A DNA stretch of 32,000 bases from Nitrosopumilus sp. (GTDB lineage Archaea > Thermoproteota > Nitrososphaeria > Nitrososphaerales > Nitrosopumilaceae), in contig OZ252243.1 of NCBI GenBank assembly GCA_965249555.1, positions 1,924,961 to 1,956,960 on the forward strand, given 5' to 3'. Under the pieces are notes generated by a model that worked only from the letters and a program-made list of their open reading frames with translations, was not told where the DNA came from and made no database searches. Shown here piece by piece: positions 18,075-27,441 of the stretch (position 1 is its first letter; each line of letters starts with the position of its first letter). Made by a program: the position numbers and the translations under genes.

Positions 18075-18339
18075 TTATACTATACTGGTAACAGTTGGAG
18101 CGGAAATTTTTATCAATAATGAATTCATTTATGGAAAACAATCGATTAAACCTATACCGCAATTAACATTCGATAATCTTGGATGATAGTTCGCTTTTAT
18201 CCCTTGTTCTTCATGTATATTGAAACTGATGCATTTTCCAAACTATTGACCAGCATTGAAAAAATCAGGCTCAAAAAAAAATTCAATCTTATCTATTTTT
18301 TCATAACACTTAATTCAATTGTGTTTTCAGTTTGAAATT

Positions 18340-20205
18340 GTGCGTATATTGCAATTACACTGTGACAGCATCGAGTACACTCCGACAAAAAAAGAGATCA
18401 AGATGGCCGAAGATATCAAAAATCCTGAACTCCAAAGACTTGAGGAAGTTGTAGTTGCGTTTGTTGCAATAGAAGACGGCGATGATTCTTCAGTAGCACA
18501 AGATGCTATTTCTCAAATAAAAAATTCTATGGAAAAAATTGGTTGTAAAAGATTATTACTATACCCATATGCTCATCTTAGTTCTAATCTTGCAAAACCT
18601 TCTACTGCAATGGCACTGCTCAGCGAGATGGAGACTAGTGCATCTGAGCTTGAGGTATCCCATTCCCCATTTGGTTGGACTAAATCTTATACAATACAGG
18701 TAAAAGGACACCCTCTAGCTGAAAGCTCCAAAGTTGTAACAAAAGATTCAGCAGATTCCAAAAATGAAGAAATTACATCCAAAGCCCTAAAAGGCGAATC
18801 AAAAATTCGTTCTTATTGGAAGATAATGTCTCCTGATGGAACAATGACCAACATTGCTGATTTTAATTTTGCAAATCATAAAAATTTAGAAATTCTAGCA
18901 AAATATGAATCAGCAAAACAACGTAGTGTGGATGAATCTCCACCGCATGTTGCATTGATGAAAAAAATGGCAATTGCAGATTATGAACCAGCCTCTGATT
19001 CTGGCAATATGAGATTTTATCCTAATGGCCGTTTGATAAAATCTTTGATTGAACGCTATGTGACTGATAGGGTTAAAGATTATGGTGGATATGAAGTTGA
19101 AACTCCAATCATGTATGATTCAGAACATCCAAGTATGGTTAGTTACTTTAATCGATTTCCAGCAAGACAATACAATATTGATTCCGAAGGCAAAAAACTC
19201 TTTTTGAGATTTGCTGCTTGTTTTGGACAATTCCTTATGGCCAACCAATATCAAATGTCATACAAGAATCTGCCATACAAACTCTATGAGCTTACCCGAT
19301 ACAGCTTTCGACGAGAACAATCAGGCGAGCTTGTTGGCTTGAGACGACTCAGAGCATTTACGATGCCTGACTGTCATGCGTTCTGTAAAGACTTGGACCA
19401 GGCAGTAGATGAGATTATGCTAAGATTTGAATTATCTCAAAGTGTACTTTATGAACTCGGAATCGATGAATCTGATTATGACATGGCAATTAGATTCACT
19501 GAAGACTTTTACAATGAAAATAAATCCGCAATTGAGAAGTTGGTAAAAAAACATGGCAAACCAGTATTAGTTGAAATGTGGAAAGAAAAATTCTTTTACT
19601 TTGTGCTAAAATGGGAGTTTAATTTTATTGATAATTTGGGAAAGGCATCTGCTCTTTCCACAGATCAGATTGATGTGGAAAATGCCGATAGATATGGAAT
19701 TGAATTTGTTGATGAGAACAACAATAAACAACACCCAATCATTTTGCATAATTCTCCAAGTGGCGCTATTGAAAGAATCATTTACGCGTTACTAGAAAAG
19801 GCAGCAAAAGACTCCAAAGAGGGAAAAAAACCACAATTTCCATTATGGCTAGCCCCAACACAAGTCAGAATAATTCCATTAAAAGAAGAATTTAATGACT
19901 TTTGTGAATCATTGGCTGATAAAATCTCTCTCAATAATGTCCGTGTGGATATCGATGATAGAAATGAAAGCATTGGAAAAAGAGTCCGTGAAGCAGAAAA
20001 GGAATGGATAAGATACATCTTGGTAATTGGTGAGAAAGAAGTAAATTCTGAAAATTTGAGTATTCGTGACAGAATGATTGGAGATGTCAAAGAATTATCA
20101 TTTGATGATTTCTTAAATGAAATAAACAAACAAACTAAAGGAAAGCCTTTCACTGGTTTGAATTTACCAAAACATCTATCAAAGAGACCTCAATTAATGG
20201 TGTAA
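18340..20205 (+). CDS. thrS: Threonyl-tRNA synthetase, archaeal type with N-terminal editing domain
   Basis: Editing-domain pattern ...LLLYPYAHLSSNLAKP...SPFGWTKSYTIQVKGHPLAE. Class II core FRREQSGELVGLRRLRAFTMPDCHAFC. The probable start is GTG 18340 (MRILQLHCDSIEY); the track begins at TTG 18319. Confidence 0.93.
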   Translation: MRILQLHCDSIEYTPTKKEIKMAEDIKNPELQRLEEVVVAFVAIEDGDDSSVAQDAISQIKNSMEKIGCKRLLLYPYAHLSSNLAKPSTAMALLSEMETSASELEVSHSPFGWTKSYTIQVKGHPLAESSKVVTKDSADSKNEEITSKALKGESKIRSYWKIMSPDGTMTNIADFNFANHKNLEILAKYESAKQRSVDESPPHVALMKKMAIADYEPASDSGNMRFYPNGRLIKSLIERYVTDRVKDYGGYEVETPIMYDSEHPSMVSYFNRFPARQYNIDSEGKKLFLRFAACFGQFLMANQYQMSYKNLPYKLYELTRYSFRREQSGELVGLRRLRAFTMPDCHAFCKDLDQAVDEIMLRFELSQSVLYELGIDESDYDMAIRFTEDFYNENKSAIEKLVKKHGKPVLVEMWKEKFFYFVLKWEFNFIDNLGKASALSTDQIDVENADRYGIEFVDENNNKQHPIILHNSPSGAIERIIYALLEKAAKDSKEGKKPQFPLWLAPTQVRIIPLKEEFNDFCESLADKISLNNVRVDIDDRNESIGKRVREAEKEWIRYILVIGEKEVNSENLSIRDRMIGDVKELSFDDFLNEINKQTKGKPFTGLNLPKHLSKRPQLMV

Positions 20206-20208
20206 AAA

Positions 20209-21084
20209 ATGAGCTATACTGATCTCTATATGAACAAAAATCCTTTGCTTACATCCTCTAATGAGGATTCTGAGCCTGTAGCAACTGTATTTGGTGTTCC
20301 ATTTGATGCCACTCATTCTTACAAACCCGGTTGTAGATTTGGACCTGATGTGATTCGTGATTCATTTAACAATATCGAAGTTTTTCATCCCGAATTTCAA
20401 GTAGATGTGGAAGCTGTGCATATAGAAGATTTAGGAAATACACGTCATACTGTAGTTGCATCTGAGATGATTGATATGATTAAAAAAATTACTGCTGAGC
20501 TTGTAGCAAAACAAAGACAACTTTTCATTTTGGGTGGTGAGCATTCAATTACATATGGCACCTATGCCAGTTTTCCAAAAGAAACTGGGTATGTTGTGTT
20601 TGATGCTCACTATGATTTGAGAGATGAATTTGCAGACATAAAATTAAGTCATGCCTCTTATCTTCGACGAATTGTTGAGGAACGAGGTCCTGAAAATATC
20701 TTACATGTTGGTGCTAGGGCATTTGTCAAGGAAGAATTAGAGTTTCTTATAGAAAATAACATCAAAACAATTTCTGATAAAGAAATCCGAGAAGGAAAAG
20801 GGCCTCAACTTCTAAAAGATCATGTGTCTACTTTTAATGCCGTTTATTCTAGTTTTGATCTTGATGTGTTGGATCCTGCATTTGCTCCAGGTGTGGGCAA
20901 CCCCGAAGCTGTAGGTATTTCATCTCGAGAATTGTTTGACTTGATTCACTCTTTTGAGGAAACTAAGATGATTGGTGTGGATATTATGGAACTTAATCCG
21001 TATCATGATAATGGTTCAACTGCATCTCTTGCAGCCAAGATAATGTCCACTTTTATTGCCATAAATTTGTCGCAGAATAAATAA
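20209..21084 (+). CDS. speB: Agmatinase (arginase/ureohydrolase family)
   Basis: Mn-binding motifs LGGEHSITYG, VFDAHYDLRD and SFDLDVLDPAFAPGVGNPE. Starts 4 nt after the thrS stop. Confidence 0.88.
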   Translation: MSYTDLYMNKNPLLTSSNEDSEPVATVFGVPFDATHSYKPGCRFGPDVIRDSFNNIEVFHPEFQVDVEAVHIEDLGNTRHTVVASEMIDMIKKITAELVAKQRQLFILGGEHSITYGTYASFPKETGYVVFDAHYDLRDEFADIKLSHASYLRRIVEERGPENILHVGARAFVKEELEFLIENNIKTISDKEIREGKGPQLLKDHVSTFNAVYSSFDLDVLDPAFAPGVGNPEAVGISSRELFDLIHSFEETKMIGVDIMELNPYHDNGSTASLAAKIMSTFIAINLSQNK

Positions 21085-21194
21085 TGATTATTCCTGCGGA
21101 TGCAAGTTTACATTAACGATAATACTGGTTTTGTAAATTTTGACCTCGTTTTATTCCTGCTCACTTTATTAGCTAGTAGTGTTGGGATTATCTC

Positions 21195-21767
21195 GTGTTA
21201 AATAATCTCCGAGATACTCTCGCCCCAACACTTGAAAAGATTGGCAAAGGATTTGCATCAACAGGATTGTCTCCAAATTTTTGGACATGTGTTGGTCTTG
21301 CGTTTGCATTGATATCTGCAGTAGTGTATGGTTTGGGGATTGAATTTGGATTAATAATTGGAGGTATGCTGTTACTTGTTTCGGGATTCTTTGATATGGT
21401 GGATGGACAGGTAGCAAGAGTTACAGGCAAGACTTCAAAAAAAGGATCTTACTTTGATTCTATGTTTGATAAAATTGCTGAAGTTGCAATATTTTTAGGA
21501 ATTTTAATTGGCGGATATGCAGAACCGTATCTTGTACTACTTGCAATTACTCTATCATTGCTAGTCAGCTATGCCCGAGCAAAATCTGATGCTATTAACA
21601 TAAAACTTCAAGGAGTGGGTATTGGTGAAAGAGCAGAAAGGCTTTTGGTAATTGCCATAATCGGAATAATCGGTTTTATGGAATATGCAGTAATAATTGT
21701 GGTAATAATTGCTGGAATTACTTTGATTCAAAGAATGGCTGTAACTGCTAAAAACATTAAGGAATAG
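21195..21767 (+). CDS. CDP-alcohol phosphatidyltransferase family protein (archaeal lipid head-group synthase type)
   Basis: Signature D-x2-DG-x2-AR-x8-G-x3-D-x3-D: FFDMVDGQVARVTGKTSKKGSYFDSMFDKIAE. Multiple TM segments. GTG start. Confidence 0.85.
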   Translation: MLNNLRDTLAPTLEKIGKGFASTGLSPNFWTCVGLAFALISAVVYGLGIEFGLIIGGMLLLVSGFFDMVDGQVARVTGKTSKKGSYFDSMFDKIAEVAIFLGILIGGYAEPYLVLLAITLSLLVSYARAKSDAINIKLQGVGIGERAERLLVIAIIGIIGFMEYAVIIVVIIAGITLIQRMAVTAKNIKE

Positions 21768-21769
21768 TA

Positions 21770-22057
21770 CTATCGAAGTTTTCCACGTTTTCTTCTGTTA
21801 TCTGCTGATCTGATTTTAAGAATCTTAAAGTGAATTGCACATGAAATACAATACCATTTCAAAACTGTTGGCGAAGCAATGTATGCGCCTTGTGCACGTA
21901 GCTCTTTTGCCAATGTGTGCTCTACTAGGTTTATCCTGCCTGTGACTTTTTTTGCCTTGTCTTTTGGAACTGTTTGTCCACAATTTGTACATTGGACAGT
22001 TCCTGATGAGCCTTTTCCTCCTTTAGTACGACCTCTACTTGCACGTTTTAGTGGCAT
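21770..22057 (-). CDS. rps26e: Ribosomal protein eS26
   Basis: MPLKRASRGRTKGGKGSSGTVQCTNCGQTVPKDKAKK...YCISCAIH fits the eS26 zinc-ribbon pattern (CxxC...VPKDKAIK...CVSCAIH). Confidence 0.9.
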   Translation of the reverse strand: MPLKRASRGRTKGGKGSSGTVQCTNCGQTVPKDKAKKVTGRINLVEHTLAKELRAQGAYIASPTVLKWYCISCAIHFKILKIRSADNRRKRGKLR

Positions 22058-22337
22058 GAAAATAAAACCAATTTGCTTACTTATATTCTTGTGGACTAGA
22101 AATTTCTACTTATACGAATGAGTGGAGATCACCCAAAAAATATCAAGATTTTATCAAAAATAATGTGTCTATCTACTTTTGAGTTAGTCGAGACTTGGGC
22201 ATAATGATTTACAAAAAAACCAAAACTTTTCTCTAACAACAAAGCATTCTTTTCACAATCCTTGGATTCTCACTTTTAATTACACAGTTACAATACACTG
22301 CCAACTGATACGCCAGCACGCAAATCAGCACGAATGA

Positions 22338-22740
22338 TTATATATTCTCAAGTCCTTTCACCAGAACTGTTCTAATGCTAAACGTATCCTTGATTGTCTC
22401 AAAGAGTGCTTCAATTGATATTTTTCTCTGAGAATATAATTTCCGACCAACTGCTGAATTGCAAAACCCTGTCAACTTTGTTCTGTTTGGTGGCGTAGAA
22501 TGGTATTTTTTGACTGGACAGATCAATCTCATGGCATTATTCTTAGCTGACTCGTATGGTTTGGAATCATCATATGCCGGATCACACCATATACTATTCA
22601 TCAATCCAGAAAGTGACTCTCAATTTTTCATATGGCTTGACATCATGAACATTTGCAGCAGTTACACATGGCAGATAATGGAACAACTAGTCTTTCCTGT
22701 ACTGCAACTTCTGTGTAGTTTGTATCCATACACCATAGCA
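22338..22740 (-). pseudogene. IS4/IS5-family DDE transposase remnant, N-terminally truncated and frameshifted
   Basis: Three frames carry consecutive family motifs: YGYKLH (about 22713-22730); VTAANVHDVKPYEKL (about 22625-22670); WCDPAYDDSK...YSQRKISIEALFETIKDTFSIRTVLVKGLENI (track ORF 22338..22604). Confidence 0.65.
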
Positions 22741-22790
22741 ACTGTTAACTGTCGGTTGATATATAATTCAAAACGCTAGTAAGAAATGAG

Positions 22791-23099
22791 CTATTCTAGT
22801 TTATCAATTCTATTACTTAATGTTTCTATTCCTTGACCATTTGCAGTTGCAATTTCAATAACATTATCTAGTTTTTTATTCATAGTATCTAATTTTGTGC
22901 AGTTGATAGCAACTTGTTCTTTCAGTCCTCTAACTTCATTTTTTACTTCTGAGGATTGTTCTCTTAATCCACTAACTTCATTTTTTACTTCTGAGGATTG
23001 TTCTCTTAATCCACTAACTTCATTTTTTACTTCTGAGAATTGTTCTCTTAATCCACTAACTTCATTTATCAGTTCATCTGCCCATTGGGGTTTTTCCAT
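22791..23099 (-). CDS. Coiled-coil protein, 102 aa, with a tandem 14-aa repeat NEVSGLREQSSEVK
   Basis: Track ORF. The repeat units are encoded by perfect 42-bp DNA repeats. Confidence 0.6.
   Translation of the reverse strand: MEKPQWADELINEVSGLREQFSEVKNEVSGLREQSSEVKNEVSGLREQSSEVKNEVRGLKEQVAINCTKLDTMNKKLDNVIEIATANGQGIETLSNRIDKLE
22913..23067. repeat. 42-bp tandem repeat, ~3.7 copies, in frame within the 102-aa ORF
   Basis: Units 22930-22971 and 22972-23013 are identical. Unit 23014-23055 has 1 mismatch. Partial units flank the array. Confidence 0.95.
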
Positions 23100-23114
23100 A
23101 TTGTATGAAGTTCA

Positions 23115-23396
23115 TTACACTTTATTAAGTTTAGGTGATTGGGTACCTACTGCCCCTAGATTATTATGGAATATTTCACAAAAATAATGGATGGATTTTG
23201 TATCATTTGCAAAAGGTTCTGTCATTTCTCTTGCAAATGCATCAAATCTGTTTTGCAGGTTCATTGCATCTGATTGTCTGATCAGTAAAGTTCCCTGAAT
23301 GCTTTGGTTCTTGTCCAATTCTATAATCTCTGCATCAGATATTAATTTCTGTTCTAACTGTGGAACGTTCAATGAAATTTTATCTATGATATGCAC
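23115..23396 (-). CDS. Hypothetical protein, 93 aa
   Basis: Track ORF ending 15 nt upstream of the repeat-protein gene. No recognisable motif. Confidence 0.45.
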   Translation of the reverse strand: MHIIDKISLNVPQLEQKLISDAEIIELDKNQSIQGTLLIRQSDAMNLQNRFDAFAREMTEPFANDTKSIHYFCEIFHNNLGAVGTQSPKLNKV

Positions 23397-23645
23397 ATTT
23401 TACAACACCTGTTCCAAGGTCAAACCCTATCTTTACCATGCCGTAAAAATATCAGATTAATTCAAGGTATAAAATGGGTTTGAAGTTATTCTACCTTCTC
23501 GTGTTTTGATTTTGACTGGGTATCATGGTATATTCTGACAATAGAGGCGGTAAGAGAACTGAACATTCCCCATTTTTGGAACGAGCAACTAGGTGAATTT
23601 TATTTTAAACTATGAATCTTTTTCCATTAAAAATCTCAATATCGA

Positions 23646-24635
23646 CTATCCTGGTACAGATACATGCACATCATTTTCACTAAATGAATCTTTTTCCATT
23701 AAAAATCTCAATATCGACCCAACAATATCCCTAAAATGATCTTCTCCGAATCTATTATTCTTCTGAAATAATTTAATTATAATTAACATGCCTTCATCTT
23801 TTTTATTATTGTCTAGTATGGAAGATGATTTGCATTCCATCAATCTTCCATTATGTGGATCTTGATATTCATTTAGTACTGTTATAATCGCATATCTATC
23901 TGACCGTTCTTTATCATTTGGTACAAAATTTTCTGGGGATATTAAAAAATCTGTTTTAGTATTAAAACTCCGATCATTTATTTTAAAATATTCTTCTTCT
24001 ACCGTGCATGTATACTCTTTATCCCCTAATGTAAAACCAAATCCACTGTTTATTGGTTTTGTCAATATGCCCTCAGATTCAATATTTAGTCTGAAATACT
24101 CACGTATTACGTCTCTTGAATTTGCTTTATCTTTATCCTTATATTCTAAACTTATAGGTTCATTAAGAAATTTTATAATGTAATTCATATCTGAGATAAA
24201 TGCATTAATTTTTCTTGGACATGAGATTTGTAAAGCATTCACATATGCTTCATTGTCGTTTTTTCCTGATATGTATCCACGAATAATACTTGTAGACATG
24301 TAGGAGATTGGCGTGTCCGTATCTGTTATTCGTATTAGGACGTGTTTTTCCATTGGATCATTGTTGCTTGCTGAAAATGTGTTTTGACATATCAAAATAT
24401 CTGCTCTTGGATCAAATTTGGTTCCAAGTGATGGTAATTCAACACTATATTTTATTTCTTCATTAAAACACCTATATTTTTTGTTTCTAAGTATGAAATA
24501 AAATCCATCCTCATCACTACCATGTTTAATATTATTATAACTAATATATTGCCATTTTCCAAATTGATCTGGTTCTTCAATATATTTTTGAAAAATTGTA
24601 ACAAGATCTTTTATTGTAATATCTTTTTCAGACAT
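23646..24635 (-). CDS. Hypothetical protein, 329 aa, with an apparent internal two-domain duplication
   Basis: Track ORF with an ATG start. Segments FYFILRNKKYRCFNEEIKY...DILICQNTF and FGFTLGDKEYTCTVEEEYF...DFLISPENF look paralogous. No known domain recognised. Confidence 0.6.
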   Translation of the reverse strand: MSEKDITIKDLVTIFQKYIEEPDQFGKWQYISYNNIKHGSDEDGFYFILRNKKYRCFNEEIKYSVELPSLGTKFDPRADILICQNTFSASNNDPMEKHVLIRITDTDTPISYMSTSIIRGYISGKNDNEAYVNALQISCPRKINAFISDMNYIIKFLNEPISLEYKDKDKANSRDVIREYFRLNIESEGILTKPINSGFGFTLGDKEYTCTVEEEYFKINDRSFNTKTDFLISPENFVPNDKERSDRYAIITVLNEYQDPHNGRLMECKSSSILDNNKKDEGMLIIIKLFQKNNRFGEDHFRDIVGSILRFLMEKDSFSENDVHVSVPG

Positions 24636-24702
24636 GGCATTATAATTTAATTAATAAATATCAATGTTATCCTATTTGGAATTGTGTATTTTTACATACT
24701 TT

Positions 24703-25050
24703 TCATTGGTATATGTGGCAGTAGTGTAAAGAAGTGTAAAGAAATCTGCTATTGCCATACCAAACTGATGATGATTCCATGACAATATTGGCATGAATCG
24801 GTATGTCTGTAAAATGGTTCTTGATTGATTCATGAGTGTTCTCAACTTTTATGTTTTGTAATATCTTTCCGTCATTATCCATTGTTGCTACTTGAAGAGA
24901 TTCCTTGTGCAAGTCAATGCCAACATACATGCCCTTGTCTTTTTTTGCCCTAATCTGTTTCTTTGGACTTTTCTTGGAATACGATGGATTACGAGTCCTG
25001 GATCTGGGTTCATTTTTTATGCTATCTGAATTCCTTCTTTTTGTATTCAC
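24703..25050 (-). pseudogene. IS110-family transposase N-terminal fragment
   Basis: MYVGIDLHKESLQVATMDNDGKILQNIKVENTHESIKNHF...ANIVMESSSVWYG matches the DEDD_Tnp_IS110 N-terminus (vGIDlhK........d..G). The frame then degenerates and stops, and the C-terminal domain is absent. Confidence 0.65.
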
Positions 25051-25069
25051 ATATAGTTATTTTATCATC

Positions 25070-25402
25070 TCAGAAAACATGCTCAATCCCCTTGGTTTCC
25101 CGTGCCTCAAGGCATGCAAGAAAGACGGAGATCATCCTCATACCCTGATTTGTGCGTGAAGGTTGATACATACTTTTCATACTGTTAAATTCTTCCTGGG
25201 TTATTTCGCCTTTGACAAATCTGGTCTTAAGAAGTGTCATTGGGTTTTCGGCAACTTGGACATTGGAAATAGGTTTGCTGGTGTCCTCTTTATTTTCCTT
25301 TACTTCTTTGATTTTATCACGAATGTAATTGTATAAAATTTCTGCCTAGTCTTTTGGTATTACAACAATTGTTCCTTCTGCATTTCGTCCTCAAATGGCC
25401 AT
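25070..25402 (-). pseudogene. Chimeric remnant: SHOCT-like ORF with two in-frame stops, fused to an IS66-like tail
   Basis: Read by eye: MAI*GRNAEGTIVVIPKD*AEILYNYIRDKIKEVKENKEDTSKPISNVQVAENPMTLLKTRFVKGEITQEEFNSMKSMYQPSRTNQGMRMISVFLACLEARETKGIEHVF*. The stops are TGA at 25391-25393 and TAG at 25346-25348. LLKTRFVKGEITQEEF fits the SHOCT pattern. Confidence 0.4.
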
Positions 25403-25579
25403 ATTATGACCAGCCTTTGACATCTGTCATTCTATGTAATGAAAACACCCGACGCGCAACACGAATAAGATCCTTATTGAGTATATTCGATTTGGTAAAT
25501 CCGAACCCGTGAAGGTTGTAAATATTTATCAACATATACAAAACAATATGAACATGGAATATTGTGGGGGTAATGAGAA

Positions 25580-27440
25580 ATGACGAAGAAAATTAATAAA
25601 GAATCTGTAAACATAATAGATGAGAAAATATCTATTTTAAAGAAAAACTTTCCTGAATGCTTTATCGGGGGGGGGGGGGTTAAATTTTGATAGACTTAGA
25701 AACTCTTTAGGGGATCTGGTGGATACGGGGGATGAAAAATACACATTTTCTTGGGCTGGTAGGAAAGACACATTCGAAAATATTCAGACAACTAGCAAGG
25801 GAACACTTATTCCAGATAAATCTGAATCTGTAAACTTTGATGATACGGAAAATCTTTTCATTGAGGGTGATAATTTGGAAGTCTTAAAATTATTGCATAA
25901 ATCATTATTTCAAAAAGTTAAAATTATTTACATTGATCCCCCATACAATATAGGTAGTGATTTCATCTACAAAGACGATTTCAAAAAAGGTGTAAATAAT
26001 TATCTGGAGCAGACAAATCAATCAAAAGACGGAATAACATTAACCACAAATCCAGAAACATCTGGACGATTTCATTCTGATTGGATATCATTTATGTATG
26101 CAAGATTGTTTGTGGCTAAAAATTTACTTTCTGATGATGGTGTGATCTTTGTATCTATTGGTGACAATGAAGTTCATAATTTGAAATTTATAATGAATGA
26201 TATATTCGGAGAAGAAAACTTGATATCAGAAGTTATTTGGCATAGCAAGTACACTACGTCAAATGATAAAAAACTCATATCTACACAGCATGAATATGTC
26301 ATGATTTATGCAAAAAATATTCATAGAGCAAATTTCAACCTATTGCCACGTACAGAAAAAGCTGACAAGGATTACAAAAATCCAGACAACGATCCTCGTG
26401 GAAAATGGAAGCCCACACCAATACATGCAAAGAGTGGTAAAAATAATATAAAATATAATTTTACTAACATACGCAAGTTTGACGGCAAAAAAATACCCTC
26501 TTTTGTTTGGTCTGCACCAAAAGGAAGATATCCAAGATATAGCAAAGAAACACTGGGAAGACTTGAGGCAGACAATAGAATAAGCTGTGGTATAAATGGA
26601 ACAGGTGTGCCTAATTCCAAAACTTTTCTCAATGAAGTCCAACAAGGAATGGTATCAGGGTCTTTATGGAAATATGAGGATGTGGGACATACCCATGGAG
26701 CAAATGAGGAATTATCCGATTTGATAGGTAAGGGTGTTTTTGATAATCCAAAACCTGTGAAATTAATTAAAAGAATATTACAGTTATCAACAAATTCAAA
26801 AGGTAATGATATTGTATTGGATTTTTTTGCTGGCTCTGGAACCACCGCACACTCTGTATTGGGATTAAACAAAGAAGATGGTGGAAATAGAAAATTTATT
26901 TGTGTTCAAATACCAGAAACAATAGAGGATGAACTAGAAAACAAACCCACAATAGATTTCTTAAAAGAATTAAAAAAACCCATGAATATTTCCGAAATAT
27001 GCAAGGAAAGAATAAGACGTGTTATCAAGAATCTAGATTCAAATCAGGGATTCAAGGTATTCAAACTTGCAAAATCAAACTATAACATCTGGGAGAATTA
27101 TGATGGAAAAGACCAAAAAAAATTAAAAGAACAGATGAAAATATTTGCGACCCCATTAATTGAAAAATACAAGGATATTGATGTAATTTATGAATGCATA
27201 ATAAAAGAAGGGTATAATCTGAACAGTAAATTGGAAAAATTAACTATCAAACCAAACACCATATACAAGATATCAAATGATGATAAAATATTCTATCTGA
27301 CATTGGATAAAATAATAAAACTTGATAGTGTGGAAGAATTGGAACTTGGTAAAAACCAAACTTTGTTTTGTTTAGATTCATCACTGGATGACAGTATGAA
27401 GATGAATTTATCAAAACAATGTACACTGAAAACAATATAG
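25580..27440 (+). CDS. mod: Type III R-M Mod methyltransferase (beta-class N6A/N4C), reading frame split at a G13 tract
   Basis: Motif IV IYIDPPYN, then motif I LDFFAGSGTTAH. The 5' fragment is ATG 25580..TGA 25690. The main frame is open from 25641 (track ORF 25719..27440). The two frames are offset by +1 across the G run. Confidence 0.9.
25667..25679 (+). repeat. Homopolymeric G13 tract inside the 5' end of mod
   Basis: Counted directly: 4 G at 25667-25670 plus 9 G at 25671-25679. Confidence 0.95.
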
Positions 27441-27441
27441 A

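Noticed and set aside
21169-22121. Track ORFs 21169..21417(-), 21188..21430(-) and 21879..22121(+).
   Set aside because: They are antisense to the CDP-alcohol phosphatidyltransferase and eS26 genes respectively, with no independent support.
5540-25402. In-frame stops as evidence of recoding (Sec/Pyl, readthrough) or an alternative genetic code.
   Set aside because: All three stop codons are involved, and all three also terminate the long, clearly intact genes: TAG for the helicase and mod, TAA for the MTase and res. I saw no pyl/sel genes or conserved downstream hairpins. The affected ORFs are IS-associated remnants, so pseudogenisation is the simpler reading.
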